Shown: in pieces, positions 32,826-46,631 of the stretch
How positions within the stretch are numbered: the stretch's first letter is position 1
How the letters are laid out: each line of letters opens with the position of its first letter
Source of the DNA: TPA_inf: Saccharomyces
Lineage: Eukaryota
DNA length: 64,000 nt
Assembly: GCA_000146045.2 (NCBI GenBank)
Contig: BK006949.2
Span: 576,001 to 640,000, forward strand
Direction: 5' to 3'
The notes under the pieces: generated by a model
Told to the model about the DNA's origin: nothing
The model's input: the letters and a program-made list of their open reading frames with translations, nothing else
Databases searched by the model: none
Position numbers and translations under genes: made by a program

Positions 32826-34031
32826 TCACATACCTAAAGCCACTCCTTCGTATTGGCTAGACGTATTTACATACAGAGCATCGTCACTTCTATTTGGATC
32901 CTTGTCATTGAAGTATTCGTCCACATGCATCAACAACCAAACCAAGAAGTCTTCGGTTTGTTTGATTAAAAGCTGACAGCTTTGTAGATCCATTGTAGTA
33001 GACGAGATCAGCTCTGGTAAAACACTTATCAACCTTAACAGATGGATAGCCCCATAAATTCTAATTGGTACTAGTGGCTTTTGATCCTTCGATGATTTTT
33101 TCAGAAGTTCGTCATATTGCAGCCGTTCCAACCTATATAAAAGCATATTACCCAGGCACTTGTCAAAATACAACTTGAGACCGGCACAGTATTCGCTCAA
33201 CTGTGACTGGGACCCTGGCGATTCCAATTCTTGACTCACTTCATGTTCGTATTTATTCAGTACCATCTCTACCGTCACATCAGCGGGTAGTCTGCAAATT
33301 TTTTTGTCCTTCGTTACGTATTCCCAATCGTCGACTAACACGCTCTTCAATTTTATGGGAATTTGAAGGGAAATCTTGGGGGTTGGATAGCCGGCAATAT
33401 GATGTAGCATATTTGGCGATAGCGAAGAAGATCTTCTGCGGTCATCATTCCCATTTTGGTCGGATGACGAGCGCAAAGAGCTGCCAGGATGGAGGGAATT
33501 AGCGGAACTTCTTCCGCTTTTCCTGCCGCTCACTGAAGATGTTAAAAAACTCTGTGAAGTGCTCTTACTTATACTAGCATTCGAGCGGCTGTCTCCCTTT
33601 CTTTTTCCACCATTACTAGGCCCTCCCAGACTAGTGGAGAGCTTCTTTTTTTTCTGCTGTTCCAGTAACGATTTCTTAGCTTCTTTCGCCTCGTTCGCCA
33701 GTCTTTTTTTCATGGCAATATTCTCTTCATTGTAGGCCCGTATCCTATCATATCCAACCCACTCATCCCAACTCGACTTCCAGCCTTGGTAATGTATGAA
33801 AAAACACTTCCCATTAATGATCTCTTCTGGAATGCTTTCATCTTCTCCCAGCTTTTGTGGCTTTATTTCCTTAGTTGCTTGTGAACTACCACCTGGCTTG
33901 TCATTAGGAATGCTGGTATACATTTTCGAAGATGGATCCCATATTTTCAAGATCTTTGCTTCATACATAAGAGGACCATGGAATGCCAGACACCGCCCAC
34001 CGAGCGCAAATTCCTGCTCCAAATCAACCAT
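32826..34031 (-). CDS. EAF3: EAF3 (YPR023C), chromodomain/MRG subunit of NuA4 and Rpd3S, 401 aa
   Basis: Track ORF is 415 aa. The first ATG at 34031 (MVDLEQEFALGGRCLAFHGPLMYEAKILKIWDP) is the chromo barrel. The C-terminus has an MRG domain. Confidence 0.9.
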   Translation of the reverse strand: MVDLEQEFALGGRCLAFHGPLMYEAKILKIWDPSSKMYTSIPNDKPGGSSQATKEIKPQKLGEDESIPEEIINGKCFFIHYQGWKSSWDEWVGYDRIRAYNEENIAMKKRLANEAKEAKKSLLEQQKKKKLSTSLGGPSNGGKRKGDSRSNASISKSTSQSFLTSSVSGRKSGRSSANSLHPGSSLRSSSDQNGNDDRRRSSSLSPNMLHHIAGYPTPKISLQIPIKLKSVLVDDWEYVTKDKKICRLPADVTVEMVLNKYEHEVSQELESPGSQSQLSEYCAGLKLYFDKCLGNMLLYRLERLQYDELLKKSSKDQKPLVPIRIYGAIHLLRLISVLPELISSTTMDLQSCQLLIKQTEDFLVWLLMHVDEYFNDKDPNRSDDALYVNTSSQYEGVALGM

Positions 34032-34480
34032 TATACGTTCTTCAATAGGGTAAATCCAGTGACGAGGCCTCACAGATGCTAATGCAAAATGCTATATGCT
34101 TTTAACGACTGTTTTGCAATATACCCTTTTACGTTTCTGGTCGGGATTTCGGATGCATCTTTATTTTCATCTTTCGTGAAATGCGATATGTGGCGATCGC
34201 CGGAGGAACGGCCCCCAATCTTCGCCACCTTTTTCTATCAGCATCGGTTGGTTAGTAATCTCGAATCACATGGTACCTCTTTCTTCGAGGAGTGGTAGCT
34301 CCTGTACGCTGTAGCGGTAGTGAAAAGGCAATATATCGGAGTTGGTGAAGTGAGTTAAATCTCTACCTTGCGTTTTTGATAAGTAAAAAGCAAGCACAGC
34401 TTAAAGGATAAACAGGATTTTATTGAAGCAATTTTTAATTATAATACATTGTGGATAGAACGAAAACAGAGACGTGATAG

Positions 34481-36724
34481 ATGAACGTTTCAAAAATACT
34501 TGTGTCGCCCACGGTCACGACAAATGTTTTACGCATATTTGCTCCCAGGCTACCTCAAATCGGTGCTTCTTTGTTAGTTCAAAAAAAATGGGCCTTAAGA
34601 TCAAAGAAGTTCTACCGTTTTTATTCTGAAAAGAATAGCGGTGAAATGCCTCCTAAGAAGGAAGCTGATAGCTCTGGAAAGGCATCCAATAAATCCACGA
34701 TATCTTCAATCGACAATTCGCAACCACCACCTCCATCGAACACTAATGATAAAACCAAACAAGCGAACGTAGCTGTGTCACATGCTATGCTAGCAACTAG
34801 AGAACAAGAGGCCAATAAAGACTTAACGAGTCCTGATGCACAAGCAGCCTTTTACAAACTTCTCTTACAATCAAACTACCCGCAATACGTGGTCTCTAGG
34901 TTTGAGACCCCCGGTATTGCGTCATCGCCTGAATGCATGGAACTGTACATGGAGGCCCTGCAGAGGATAGGCAGACACTCGGAGGCTGATGCCGTTAGAC
35001 AAAACCTACTGACAGCCAGCTCTGCTGGCGCAGTTAACCCATCATTGGCGTCATCTTCATCAAACCAGTCAGGTTATCATGGTAACTTTCCATCGATGTA
35101 TTCTCCGCTTTATGGATCTCGCAAAGAGCCACTACATGTTGTCGTATCTGAATCAACTTTTACTGTTGTATCGAGATGGGTAAAGTGGCTGCTTGTTTTC
35201 GGTATCTTAACCTACTCTTTTTCTGAAGGTTTTAAATACATCACAGAAAATACAACGCTACTAAAGTCGTCAGAAGTAGCCGACAAATCAGTTGATGTAG
35301 CTAAGACAAATGTTAAATTTGATGATGTCTGCGGTTGTGATGAGGCCCGTGCGGAATTGGAAGAAATTGTTGATTTCCTGAAAGATCCAACTAAGTACGA
35401 GTCCTTGGGTGGTAAACTACCAAAGGGTGTACTGTTGACTGGACCTCCTGGTACAGGTAAAACTTTGTTGGCTAGGGCCACTGCCGGAGAGGCTGGTGTA
35501 GATTTTTTCTTTATGTCAGGTTCTGAATTTGATGAAGTTTACGTCGGTGTTGGTGCTAAACGTATCCGTGATTTGTTTGCTCAAGCGCGTTCTCGTGCAC
35601 CAGCTATTATTTTTATTGATGAATTAGATGCCATCGGTGGTAAGCGTAATCCAAAGGACCAAGCTTACGCCAAACAAACGTTGAATCAGTTATTGGTCGA
35701 ATTAGATGGTTTCTCACAAACAAGTGGAATTATTATTATTGGTGCCACAAATTTCCCTGAGGCTTTAGATAAGGCGTTAACTAGACCAGGTAGATTTGAT
35801 AAGGTTGTGAATGTGGATTTGCCAGATGTTCGTGGTCGTGCTGATATTTTAAAGCATCACATGAAGAAGATTACATTGGCAGACAATGTGGATCCAACTA
35901 TTATTGCGCGTGGTACCCCCGGTTTATCAGGCGCTGAGCTGGCAAATTTAGTCAACCAAGCAGCAGTTTACGCGTGTCAAAAAAATGCTGTTTCCGTTGA
36001 TATGTCCCACTTCGAGTGGGCTAAGGATAAGATATTGATGGGTGCTGAGAGAAAGACTATGGTCTTAACAGATGCAGCCAGAAAGGCCACTGCTTTCCAC
36101 GAGGCTGGACATGCCATTATGGCCAAATACACCAATGGTGCTACCCCGCTATACAAGGCCACGATATTGCCTAGAGGTAGGGCATTGGGTATTACTTTTC
36201 AATTGCCAGAAATGGATAAGGTCGACATCACCAAAAGGGAGTGTCAAGCCAGACTGGACGTGTGCATGGGGGGCAAAATTGCAGAAGAATTAATTTATGG
36301 TAAAGATAACACCACAAGTGGTTGTGGGTCTGACTTGCAAAGCGCCACCGGCACAGCAAGGGCTATGGTTACTCAATATGGTATGAGTGATGATGTAGGT
36401 CCCGTTAACTTGTCAGAAAATTGGGAATCTTGGTCTAATAAGATTCGCGATATTGCTGATAATGAAGTGATTGAACTTTTGAAGGACTCCGAGGAAAGAG
36501 CAAGAAGACTATTAACTAAGAAAAATGTTGAGCTACATAGACTTGCGCAAGGTCTTATTGAATATGAAACTCTAGATGCCCACGAAATCGAACAAGTTTG
36601 TAAAGGTGAAAAACTGGACAAACTGAAAACTTCCACCAATACAGTCGTAGAAGGACCAGACAGTGATGAACGTAAAGATATAGGCGATGATAAACCCAAA
36701 ATTCCTACAATGTTAAATGCATGA
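34481..36724 (+). CDS. YME1: YME1 (YPR024W), mitochondrial i-AAA protease (FtsH family), 747 aa
   Basis: Walker A GPPGTGKT. Walker [10 protein letters not shown]. Second region of homology (SRH). Zn-metalloprotease motif HEAGHA. Confidence 0.95.
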
Positions 36725-37376
36725 TTTTATTCTAAGAAGTTAAACGTATGAAGGAACCTACCTCAAGACCGAGAATGCTTTGTTCTTTTCTGGTCGGTTT
36801 CGCTTTTGCTTCATAACACCAGCAATGAAGCATGATCGCGGGAAACTTTCAGAATCTACATCTTCTCCTGGTCAGCTTGAAACTTCAGATTATTCGTAAG
36901 GAGAAATTATAATATTATTTCTGTGATAAGAAAAGAGGCATTAAGCTTGGGTATTTGCGACAAAATACTTCAGGATAACCGATGATCGCAAGTGGGTTAT
37001 TAATTTCTTTCATCCCTTAACCAACCGTCGCTTTCCCCCAGTGACAAGCCTTAAAAAAGTCACACCATGGAACGGAGTATCGTTGATGATTAAACCAATC
37101 ATTAATCTTTCATAAAAGTTAAGATAAAAGCACTTGTTGATATATATAGGTACATGTGTATCAATACGCCATACATTGTAAATAGAATATTCAATGGATA
37201 AACGTGTGTAGCAAAAATAATCACATTGTAGCGCTAGTTAGCAATTTACTCATTGTCACATTTTTTGCAGTATATATTCATGGCATGAAATAATATAAAA
37301 TGGCGCCGGTCTATATACCTATGCATCTTAATCTATATATATATATAAAACAGAAACCTACGGTAACAGAGCTGTT

Positions 37377-38558
37377 TCATGTTTTTTGCTTTTTCTCAAC
37401 GGTGGACGAAGTATCTTCTCCATTCAACTTCCTTTTTAATTTCTGAATCAGTGTTGATGGATTTTGACAATAATAGTTTTTTGCCGCAATTTTCTTGGCC
37501 TCTTCAGTACTCGGAGGTTTACAATCTTCAATAATACTTTTACACTCGCGTATTATGGTTAGTAACTTCGCGGAGTCTATCGAATATTCTTCGCTCTCTG
37601 TGGACTTCTCTTTGTTTTTCTCAGTTGTACTGGCATCATTTTGTGGTTCTTCTTTTTCGTTTCCCGGTACTGATTCCTGGCTACCTTCTCTGCTGGGAAA
37701 TTTTGTTTCTAAATACCTTGTGACCAAGGCTTCATCCTCAATCAATAATGTTGCTAGTGTTATTTGGGGTGGAGTGTAGAAATATACGACATCGGTTAAT
37801 AATGCGGCAGTTATTCTCTTCTTACACCTATCGTATATTTGGCCCATGTAATTTAAATCAACCTTACCATAAAGGACGTTCTGGATATCTAAGAAAAACC
37901 CATGAAGCGGTTTGTAAGGATGATGGTTCAACAGTGAAAATTTCAATGATTCTAACAACTTAAACTCGAATTTGAGAACACTATCTCTAGTAGATTTGGC
38001 CTTTTGAGCAAACGAGTCCACGCTAATAAAATAGTTCTCCGATTTGCAGGCTAGAAAGATAGTAGTATGTACAATACTTTTAGGATCTATTTGCATAACA
38101 GAATTTTCTAAGAAAAAACGCCTAAAAAAGGATATCGCAGTGGCCACTACTTCGGTTGGCAAATTTAGATGCTGTGCTATTACCTGAACTTTTTTTGCGT
38201 AGAAATTCACCAAATCGAGTTCTTCTTCCATTGTCAAAGGGATAGCCTTTGCTTCTAGTACTTTTATTTCTTCTTCTGTTAAATTGTGTGCTTCTCTAAA
38301 TTTTAATAAATTTTCCTCAATGTAAGCAATCGCTCGGGCATTGGTATCTACCCTTTTCTCCTGAAGTTGATCTTTAGTGTATGACCACATTCTATACTGA
38401 GAAGAGTGCCTATATAAATCATCGTCAGAAATTCTTTTGTAGTTCGGTGGCTTGTTATTCTCATCAGCCGATTTTAATTTTGCCTCTTTTTCTTTTGCTG
38501 ACATGGTAGCAGAAGGAGTATCTAATGTACTCTTTCCATTTAGTTGAATATCCGTCAT
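37377..38558 (-). CDS. CCL1: CCL1 (YPR025C), cyclin partner of Kin28 in TFIIK/TFIIH, 393 aa
   Basis: 393-aa ORF with a cyclin H-like fold. ATG verified at 38558. Confidence 0.9.
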   Translation of the reverse strand: MTDIQLNGKSTLDTPSATMSAKEKEAKLKSADENNKPPNYKRISDDDLYRHSSQYRMWSYTKDQLQEKRVDTNARAIAYIEENLLKFREAHNLTEEEIKVLEAKAIPLTMEEELDLVNFYAKKVQVIAQHLNLPTEVVATAISFFRRFFLENSVMQIDPKSIVHTTIFLACKSENYFISVDSFAQKAKSTRDSVLKFEFKLLESLKFSLLNHHPYKPLHGFFLDIQNVLYGKVDLNYMGQIYDRCKKRITAALLTDVVYFYTPPQITLATLLIEDEALVTRYLETKFPSREGSQESVPGNEKEEPQNDASTTEKNKEKSTESEEYSIDSAKLLTIIRECKSIIEDCKPPSTEEAKKIAAKNYYCQNPSTLIQKLKRKLNGEDTSSTVEKKQKT

Positions 38559-39257
38559 TCTATCAATATCTGTGCAGCACAGTATTTTCCTCTCTTAAAC
38601 TTAATATTCACTCATTTGTTTGAGATCTTTCTTAATATAAAAACTGTGTTAAGATCAAATTTATTACCCGGATTGTGAACGGCTTAAACAACGAAGGGAT
38701 ACCGCAGGAAATGAGAGGCCCTTTCTTCTCTGGATGGCAAACAGTTCGTGCTATCAAAGTCTGTACCAAGGTTATTTCACTCTTCAAGCCAGCAATAACT
38801 ACTTTCTTTCAGGTCACCTCTCAGCCGTCACGTCTCTAGCTGAAGCTTTGTTATTCTCGCTTCACTAAAAACAAGTGTATCTACAATATTTACCAGTCTA
38901 TTCGTATATCCCTTATCATTCTTTTTCAATAAGGGCAAATACTTCGGAAAAAGAAAGGAACATTCATCTTGATTCTAGCCGTAAAGCTATCACGTTCACT
39001 CTAAGCAAGCGGAAAGTTGAGCAAAATCAACGAACAATCTGAGTCAGCAAGGCAGTACAAGCATCTCTTCTTTGCCCCTCAAAATTTATTTCCTTTTTGG
39101 TATAGTCTTACTTCCAAGTCCAAGCAAGCACTACGTATCACGACAAACCAACAGCCGCGCCGTTTTTATATTCGGAAAGAGAATTCTTGTCGTTATTGAA
39201 TAATAATAACAAAATTTCTCCACTTTTCACCATATTACCACTCCCTTTTTTTCAAGT

Positions 39258-39274
39258 AAAAAAAAAAAAAAAAA
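39258..39274. repeat. Poly(dA:dT) tract, A17, in the CCL1-ATH1 divergent promoter
   Basis: Run of 17 A about 105 bp upstream of the ATH1 ATG. Confidence 0.9.
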
Positions 39275-39378
39275 GAATCTTATTGCTCCTTAAAAAAGGA
39301 TTCATCAGTCCTTTATGAGAGCCTGCTAGTATCACCTAATATTGCATCTGTTTTTACCGAAATTTCCTCATTCCAATA

Positions 39379-42300
39379 ATGAAAAGAATAAGATCGCTTT
39401 GGTTCAATGCGGAGGCTTCTTATTCAAACCTTAACAATTCTCCTAGTTTGAGGAACAAAAATAGTACCGGTAATAACTCTCGCTCTAAAAATTATCGTTC
39501 TTTCTCAAGGTTTGACTTGATCAACTCTATACTTTTACTGATGATGCTATTTTTATTAGCTATCTTCGTCACTGCATTATATTTAACAAAGAGTTCCAGG
39601 CTTACATACTCACATGCCTCGAGGGCTGCCCTATTTAACCCTCTGGGTGTGATATCGCCGTCATTGGGAAATCATACGTTGAACTACGATCCAGAAGCAA
39701 GGGAATCTTCTAAAAAACTTTATGAACTCCTTTCTGATTTCAACACGGCATATTATGATGATGAGAACATGATTTTGGGAAGTAACTTGTTCTCAAAGAA
39801 TACATACTCGAGACAACCATATGTTGCTAACGGTTATATAGGTAGTCGTATTCCCAATATTGGGTTCGGCTATGCCTTAGACACCCTGAATTTTTACACA
39901 GACGCACCAGGCGCTTTGAATAACGGTTGGCCCTTAAGAAATCATAGATTTGCCGGTGCGTTTGTATCGGACTTTTATTGTCTACAACCAAAACTAAATT
40001 CAACAAACTTCCCAGAATTGGATGATGTAGGATATTCCACTGTCATTTCATCTATTCCACAATGGACCAATCTACAGTTCTCATTAGTGAATGATTCTAA
40101 GTGGTTCAATCCACAAAATGTTACGTTGGATGACGTAACTAATTATAGCCAAAACTTATCAATGAAGGATGGTATCGTAACTACGGAGTTAGATTGGCTA
40201 AACAGTCAAATACATGTTAAAAGTGAAATCTGGGCACATCGGCACATTCATCCACTGGGAGTGGTTTCTTTGGAAATTTCCCTGAATACGGACCATTTAC
40301 CTTCGGATTTTGATTCATTAGATGTTAATATATGGGATATACTTGATTTCAACACATCACATAGGACTGTTCTACATAGCACGGGAACAGACGAAAAAAA
40401 TAATGCGGTTTTCATGATTGTTCAGCCAGATAACGTTCCATCTTCTAATTGCGCTATTTACTCAACGTGTACTGTAAAGTATGAAAATTCCACCAATCCA
40501 ATAAATTCTAGTGAATCTTTTGAAGAAAAAGATGTTTCTTCTAATATTTATAATGTTATTTTGACAGAGGACCAACCCAAGATAATCGTTCATAAGTATG
40601 TTGGTATTATGTCTACTGAGTTCAATAAGAACAAAGAACAACAAGACAATACTAATATTGGTTTGGCCAAAATGATAGCTCTAAACAGTAAAGGCAATTA
40701 CGAGAAGCTTCTGTCAAGTCACAAACGTGCGTGGTATGACCTTTACAACGACGCCTTCATTGAAATTCCTTCTGACAGTCTTTTAGAAATGACAGCAAGA
40801 TCGTCCCTATTCCATTTACTAGCAAATACAAGAGATTACAATGTCTCGAGCGATAGGGGTCTTCCCGTGGGAGTTTCTGGTTTGTCATCAGATTCCTATG
40901 GTGGTATGGTGTTCTGGGACGCAGATATATGGATGGAACCTGCCCTATTGCCTTTCTTCCCAAATGTGGCTCAAAATATGAATAATTACAGAAATGCTAC
41001 ACATTCGCAGGCAAAGTTAAATGCAGAGAAATATGGATACCCCGGAGCAATATACCCCTGGACATCTGGTAAGTACGCTAATTGTACTTCTACGGGACCT
41101 TGTGTCGATTACGAATACCATATTAACGTTGATGTCGCTATGGCCTCCTTTTCCATATACTTGAATGGACACGAAGGGATTGATGACGAGTATCTGAGAT
41201 ATACTACATGGCCAATTATCAAAAACGCAGCCCAATTTTTTACTGCTTATGTTAAGTACAATTCTTCCCTAGGATTGTATGAAACATATAATTTGACAGA
41301 TCCCGACGAGTTTGCTAATCACATCAATAACGGGGCTTTCACGAATGCTGGCATTAAAACACTTCTAAAGTGGGCAACAGACATTGGCAATCATCTCGGC
41401 GAGGTCGTTGACCCCAAATGGAGTGAAATTTCCAAAGATATTTATATCCCTAGATCCTCATCTAACATCACTTTGGAATATTCTGGTATGAATAGCTCAG
41501 TGGAGATTAAACAGGCGGATGTGACTTTAATGGTTTACCCACTTGGATATATCAATGATGAATCCATATTGAACAATGCAATTAAAGATCTTTATTATTA
41601 TTCAGAAAGACAGTCTGCGTCTGGGCCTGCAATGACATATCCGGTTTTTGTGGCCGCAGCTGCTGGTCTGCTGAATCACGGCTCTTCTTCTCAAAGTTAC
41701 TTATATAAATCGGTTCTTCCATACTTACGGGCTCCTTTCGCTCAATTTAGTGAGCAATCAGACGACAACTTTTTAACAAACGGATTAACCCAGCCAGCAT
41801 TCCCCTTTTTAACAGCTAACGGTGGATTTCTACAGAGCATTCTGTTTGGGTTAACAGGAATCCGATATTCTTATGAGGTTGATCCAGATACTAAAAAAAT
41901 TAACCGTTTGTTAAGGTTCAATCCAATAGAACTACCGTTGCTCCCTGGTGGTATCGCTATTAGAAACTTCAAATATATGAACCAAGTTTTAGATATAATA
42001 ATTGACGACCACAATGGTACGATTGTTCATAAATCAGGAGATGTTCCTATTCATATAAAGATACCAAACAGATCTCTAATACATGACCAGGATATCAACT
42101 TCTATAATGGTTCCGAAAACGAAAGAAAACCAAATCTAGAGCGTAGAGACGTCGACCGTGTTGGTGATCCAATGAGGATGGATAGGTATGGTACCTATTA
42201 TCTTTTAAAACCGAAACAAGAGCTTACAGTCCAACTGTTCAAGCCTGGCTTAAACGCAAGAAACAACATAGCGGAAAATAAGCAAATAACAAACTTGACG

Positions 42301-43014
42301 GCCGGCGTTCCTGGTGACGTTGCATTCTCTGCTCTAGATGGGAATAATTACACGCATTGGCAACCCTTAGACAAAATTCACCGTGCGAAGCTATTGATTG
42401 ATTTAGGTGAATACAACGAGAAAGAGATTACCAAGGGAATGATTCTTTGGGGGCAGAGGCCCGCAAAAAACATTTCCATATCTATTTTGCCTCATTCTGA
42501 AAAAGTCGAAAATTTATTTGCGAACGTGACAGAAATTATGCAAAATTCGGGAAATGATCAACTTCTTAATGAAACCATTGGTCAGCTTTTAGATAATGCC
42601 GGAATTCCTGTCGAGAACGTTATTGATTTTGATGGCATAGAACAAGAGGATGATGAATCTTTGGATGATGTGCAAGCCTTATTGCACTGGAAGAAGGAAG
42701 ACTTAGCCAAGCTAATTGAACAAATACCCAGACTTAACTTTCTAAAAAGAAAATTTGTGAAAATTCTGGATAACGTGCCAGTGAGCCCAAGTGAGCCATA
42801 CTACGAAGCAAGTCGCAACCAGTCGTTAATCGAGATATTACCCAGTAATAGAACGACTTTCACTATTGATTATGATAAATTGCAGGTGGGTGATAAAGGG
42901 AACACAGATTGGAGGAAAACAAGATACATAGTTGTGGCAGTACAAGGAGTGTATGATGATTATGATGATGATAACAAAGGAGCTACAATCAAGGAAATTG
43001 TTCTCAATGATTAA
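39379..43014 (+). CDS. ATH1: ATH1 (YPR026W), acid trehalase, glycoside hydrolase family 65, 1211 aa
   Basis: 1211-aa ORF. N-terminal signal-anchor TM ([19 protein letters not shown]). GH65 central catalytic region. Many N-glycosylation sequons. Confidence 0.95.
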
Positions 43015-44424
43015 ATGAAATGATGCATATAAGTAGCGCTTTTTTTAATATTATAAGTTTGGATAAAAGTTACCAATTTTTTCGTAGGATATATATTTTA
43101 AAGGCACTATATTGAAAATATCATGCATGCTTATATAAAAGCTTTTTTTTTTCTATAGGGTGACATTTAGGAGCAATAATTTTTACTACAAGCTTTTTTT
43201 GCACCTTATATAGTAGTGACCTTGAAATTGGTCTTTTGCACCAGCGTACTTTAATTCCACTAAGTACTGTTTAGCAGCCTGTTTTCCAGAGCCCACAACA
43301 GTTTTCTATAAAATTTTCACATGCATTATATAGACATGATCTACCTACCAATTTGATCTTCCTGCCATTGAGATCAGTTCTTTCATTACATTGATTGCAC
43401 ATTTTTAATTGGCGCCTTTTCTAATTTTTTGTATGAGTCCATATTAAAAAAATAGACTTCAAATTCCTACTAGACGATTCTGATTCCATCGGGATTACCA
43501 CCAGATTTGATATTGGCTCTTCTCTCGTCAGTAGGGTTTGAACAGAAATATTCCTAAATTTCTCGCAACTTAAATTAAATTTGCAACGATAATGTTTGCA
43601 TACATTTTTATATTCTAGATTCAATACATTAGAGGTAACTTGATGTAGCGCCAATCTGAAAATACAGAAGCCTACTAGGCAAATATTTAAAGCTCTATAT
43701 ACTATTCACGAAAGAAAAACGTACTTTGTATAAATTGAAGAAAATGAGTTTGTGTTAGTTGGGTCCTGCCATTTGGTATCCTGAAGGTTTTCTCAAGGTG
43801 GGGTGGGCTAATCTACAGGAATAGTTTATAGTAATTGTGTGTTAAGAAGTATTTTGGCTTTAAATGACGTCCCCCACAAATTTATTACTTCAGGTGTATA
43901 ATGTATTCACAAATATGTTCGTTTCTTTTTTGCTCTTCATCGTCCCCAGTTTTTCCTCACCCTTACAAAACAAAAACGGCAGGAAAAGGGTCCTATGTAA
44001 ATTAAGCAAACACTGCGGGGTAGAACCTAAATTTTAATGTATTTTTTTACAATCCAACCAAGATTAAACCAATTGCCGAGCTTTTTCCTTTCTCGGTGAA
44101 ACAAACCTTTACAAAAGATACGCCAGAGTAAACGCATTCCTACAAAAAATGAAAGATCTTCATTATTTACACTCTTGTAGCCCACTAATCAATTGGTTTC
44201 GCAACATTGTTCAAAGGCAGTGGTTTCTTTTTCCCTGAGTATCCTACTATAGTACAAAAAAAAAAAAAAAGAGTGAAAAAATCAGAAGAGAAAATTATAT
44301 CGATTATAAATTTTTCAAGTACATCGTCTATCGAAGCTAAAGACTTGAATAATTAAATTTCTGGAAATGGGACAAGTGTACTTATCAACAACGAATAAGG
44401 TATAGCAAAGTTTAGAGAATTATT

Positions 44425-45258
44425 TTAATTATCCCTATAAAATGAAACCGATATTTGAGATTTGTTTGGGCCTTTTTCTCTCCCATGAGCAGTGAAGCCT
44501 ACAGCAGAACCGTCCCAATTTTCGTCGGTGATTTTTTCTGAAATTTGATAAAGCTGAGACTTAAAATTACCTGATATTTTTCTAATGTTTGATATTTTCT
44601 GGAAAACGCCATTAGCAATTCCTTGGCTGTTTTCGTTTAAATTGCCCTGTATGTCCGATAATTTATAATTTGTGAACTCATTTGAAGCGCCTTTTGTATA
44701 ACAAATCTGCTGGGCCAAGCCTGGGAAAGGCAGAGCCGTCTTCTCGCCAAGTTTGAGAATCAAACAGTTTTGGTTTAGTTCACTTCCTGAAGTATTCATA
44801 TTTACTCCTAAGTATAGGTCGAGAGGTTCAAATGTTGTTTTGATTTTTTCATTCACATAATTTGAAGGTAGCTCGACGTATTTTGGTTTAATTAGGTCAT
44901 ATAACCTTTGCGGTTCATTGATACCATCATTTTCGAGCTTGTTGATAAGCTCGATGATTAATGAAAACATTAAGATTACAACTCCTAGCCCACAGGATAT
45001 CATATTGGCCGGATTTTCACCTACAGAAAAACATGATACCATAGTTTGAATTACTTGAAGTGTTAGTTTAGTGTCATCCAGTTTCTTTTCACTAACAGAT
45101 TTTGTAGCGGCAGGTGCAGGTGCAGTAGAAGTTGATGTCACCGTTTCATATACAGTTTTGATGATTGTAACAGTATCTATCATGTCATCATCATGGAATG
45201 CAAAAAGAAGACCCAGGAGTGGGACGAACGAAGCAAGTATTCTGTAAATACCAACCAT
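44425..45258 (-). CDS. YPR027C: YPR027C, uncharacterised membrane/secretory-pathway protein, 277 aa
   Basis: 277-aa ORF with ATG verified. N-terminal hydrophobic segment ([15 protein letters not shown]) and a second TM ([16 protein letters not shown]). Isolated between 1.3-1.4-kb intergenic regions. Confidence 0.8.
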
Positions 45259-46539
45259 TTCTTTTTATCTGGCGCTTTATATGTTTATGAATAGTACGTT
45301 ATGATGATTGTTTTTTTACAAATGTTTGTGAATTACACTAATGGTAATTCCCTCTTTAGTTAGAAGTAATGGAAAATTAGTACTTTCTAATTCTTGTGAT
45401 CAACGCTTTTTCAACGTTGCCATCATCAACAGAATCTCGATCTGCTAGCCAACATCAAAAAGTTGTTTGCCGCACATCATGTAACCGAACTTTCAGTACC
45501 ACAAAAACTAATATGCACGGCGCTTGAAAAGTGCTTTAATTTTGTAAACTATTTTGTTTTGTAAATTTCTAGGCAGTTGAGGCTACCGTCGTGACCACAG
45601 AAAGAAAACATCTTCAAAACACTTTAGTGACTGTCCATATAGCCGCCGAAGTTAGTCGCTGATATAATTTGAAACCTACATTATTATTTGTTCGTTTGGA
45701 AGACACGTTAGGTTTAGTATCAATAAACTTCCCATCCGAAACACTTATTCTACTAGTGTGTTTCATAATGCGTAAGCCAGCACGTATATATTCATCTCAA
45801 TTTGTTACACACTTAACATACTATATAATTCCTGAGAAAATGCCCAGCTCATAAACATCGGTAGTCCAATTCAAGAACGGGGGAACTGAATTTGGGAGTA
45901 ATCAAAAAAAAAAAAAGACGTTACTTCATCGTTTTTGTTGTCATTGTACACTTCTTTCATTTCTTTTCAGATTTAACTTCTCTGTCCGTAGTCGGCAAAT
46001 AACGGTCCTTTAAATGCAAGGGATCATCAAGAGATTTTGAAAAACTGTGGAGCCAGATATTTATTTGTCAACTTTGGACATCTACCTTAGTCTGTCTGCT
46101 TCCCTCTTTTTGACCTCTTTTAGTAAACTCTGAGGTGGGATGACTGACTCTGACGGAGAAAGTATGTAGATATCTCAAGAAAGTATCAGTCCACGATATA
46201 GTAGGAAATATTATACAATACGTAATGGAAGCAAAGTGTGCTTCCATGAGTTTTAGACAAATTTATGTCCCTAAAACTTCGAACTTTTAACGGGAACAAT
46301 TTTGGCCGTGATAAATTCTTTTCCAACGCTTATATTGATTATCCGTTATTGGTTTTTTGTTGGAGACATTAAAAGATGGCCAATGGCGTAAGAAAATTTT
46401 GAAAAAAAGTCAGACATTCAAGTTGAAAAACTCCTTCATCTTCCTACTTGAGTCTATATTTTCATTGATATTTCCATAAGAGAAGGAGCAGTCAAGTTCA
46501 AGAACCAACTTTCCGCAGTTGGCAGGTCGAAAAAATAAA

Positions 46540-46631
46540 TGCGAATTCTGTGGATCGAACACAGGACCTCCAGATAACTTGACCGAAGTTTTTTCTTCAG
46601 TCTGGCGCTCTCCCAACTGAGCTAAATCCGC
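46540..46631 (-). tRNA. tF(GAA)P2: tRNA-Phe (anticodon GAA) with a 19-nt intron, 92 nt
   Basis: Minus strand reads GCGGATTTAGCTCAGTTGGGAGAGCGCCAGACTGAAG[AAAAAACTTCGGTCAAGTT]ATCTGGAGGTCCTGTGTTCGATCCACAGAATTCGCA. This is the classic yeast tRNA-Phe. The intron is at about 46576-46594. A Pol III T6 terminator lies on the minus strand (plus-strand A6 at 46530-46535). Confidence 0.95.

Noticed and set aside
43015-44424. Possible solo LTR or transposon remnant between ATH1 and YPR027C
   Set aside because: I looked for TGTTG...CA-bounded delta, sigma or tau-like sequence and target-site duplications. None was recognised, though this is limited by my recall of the consensus sequences.
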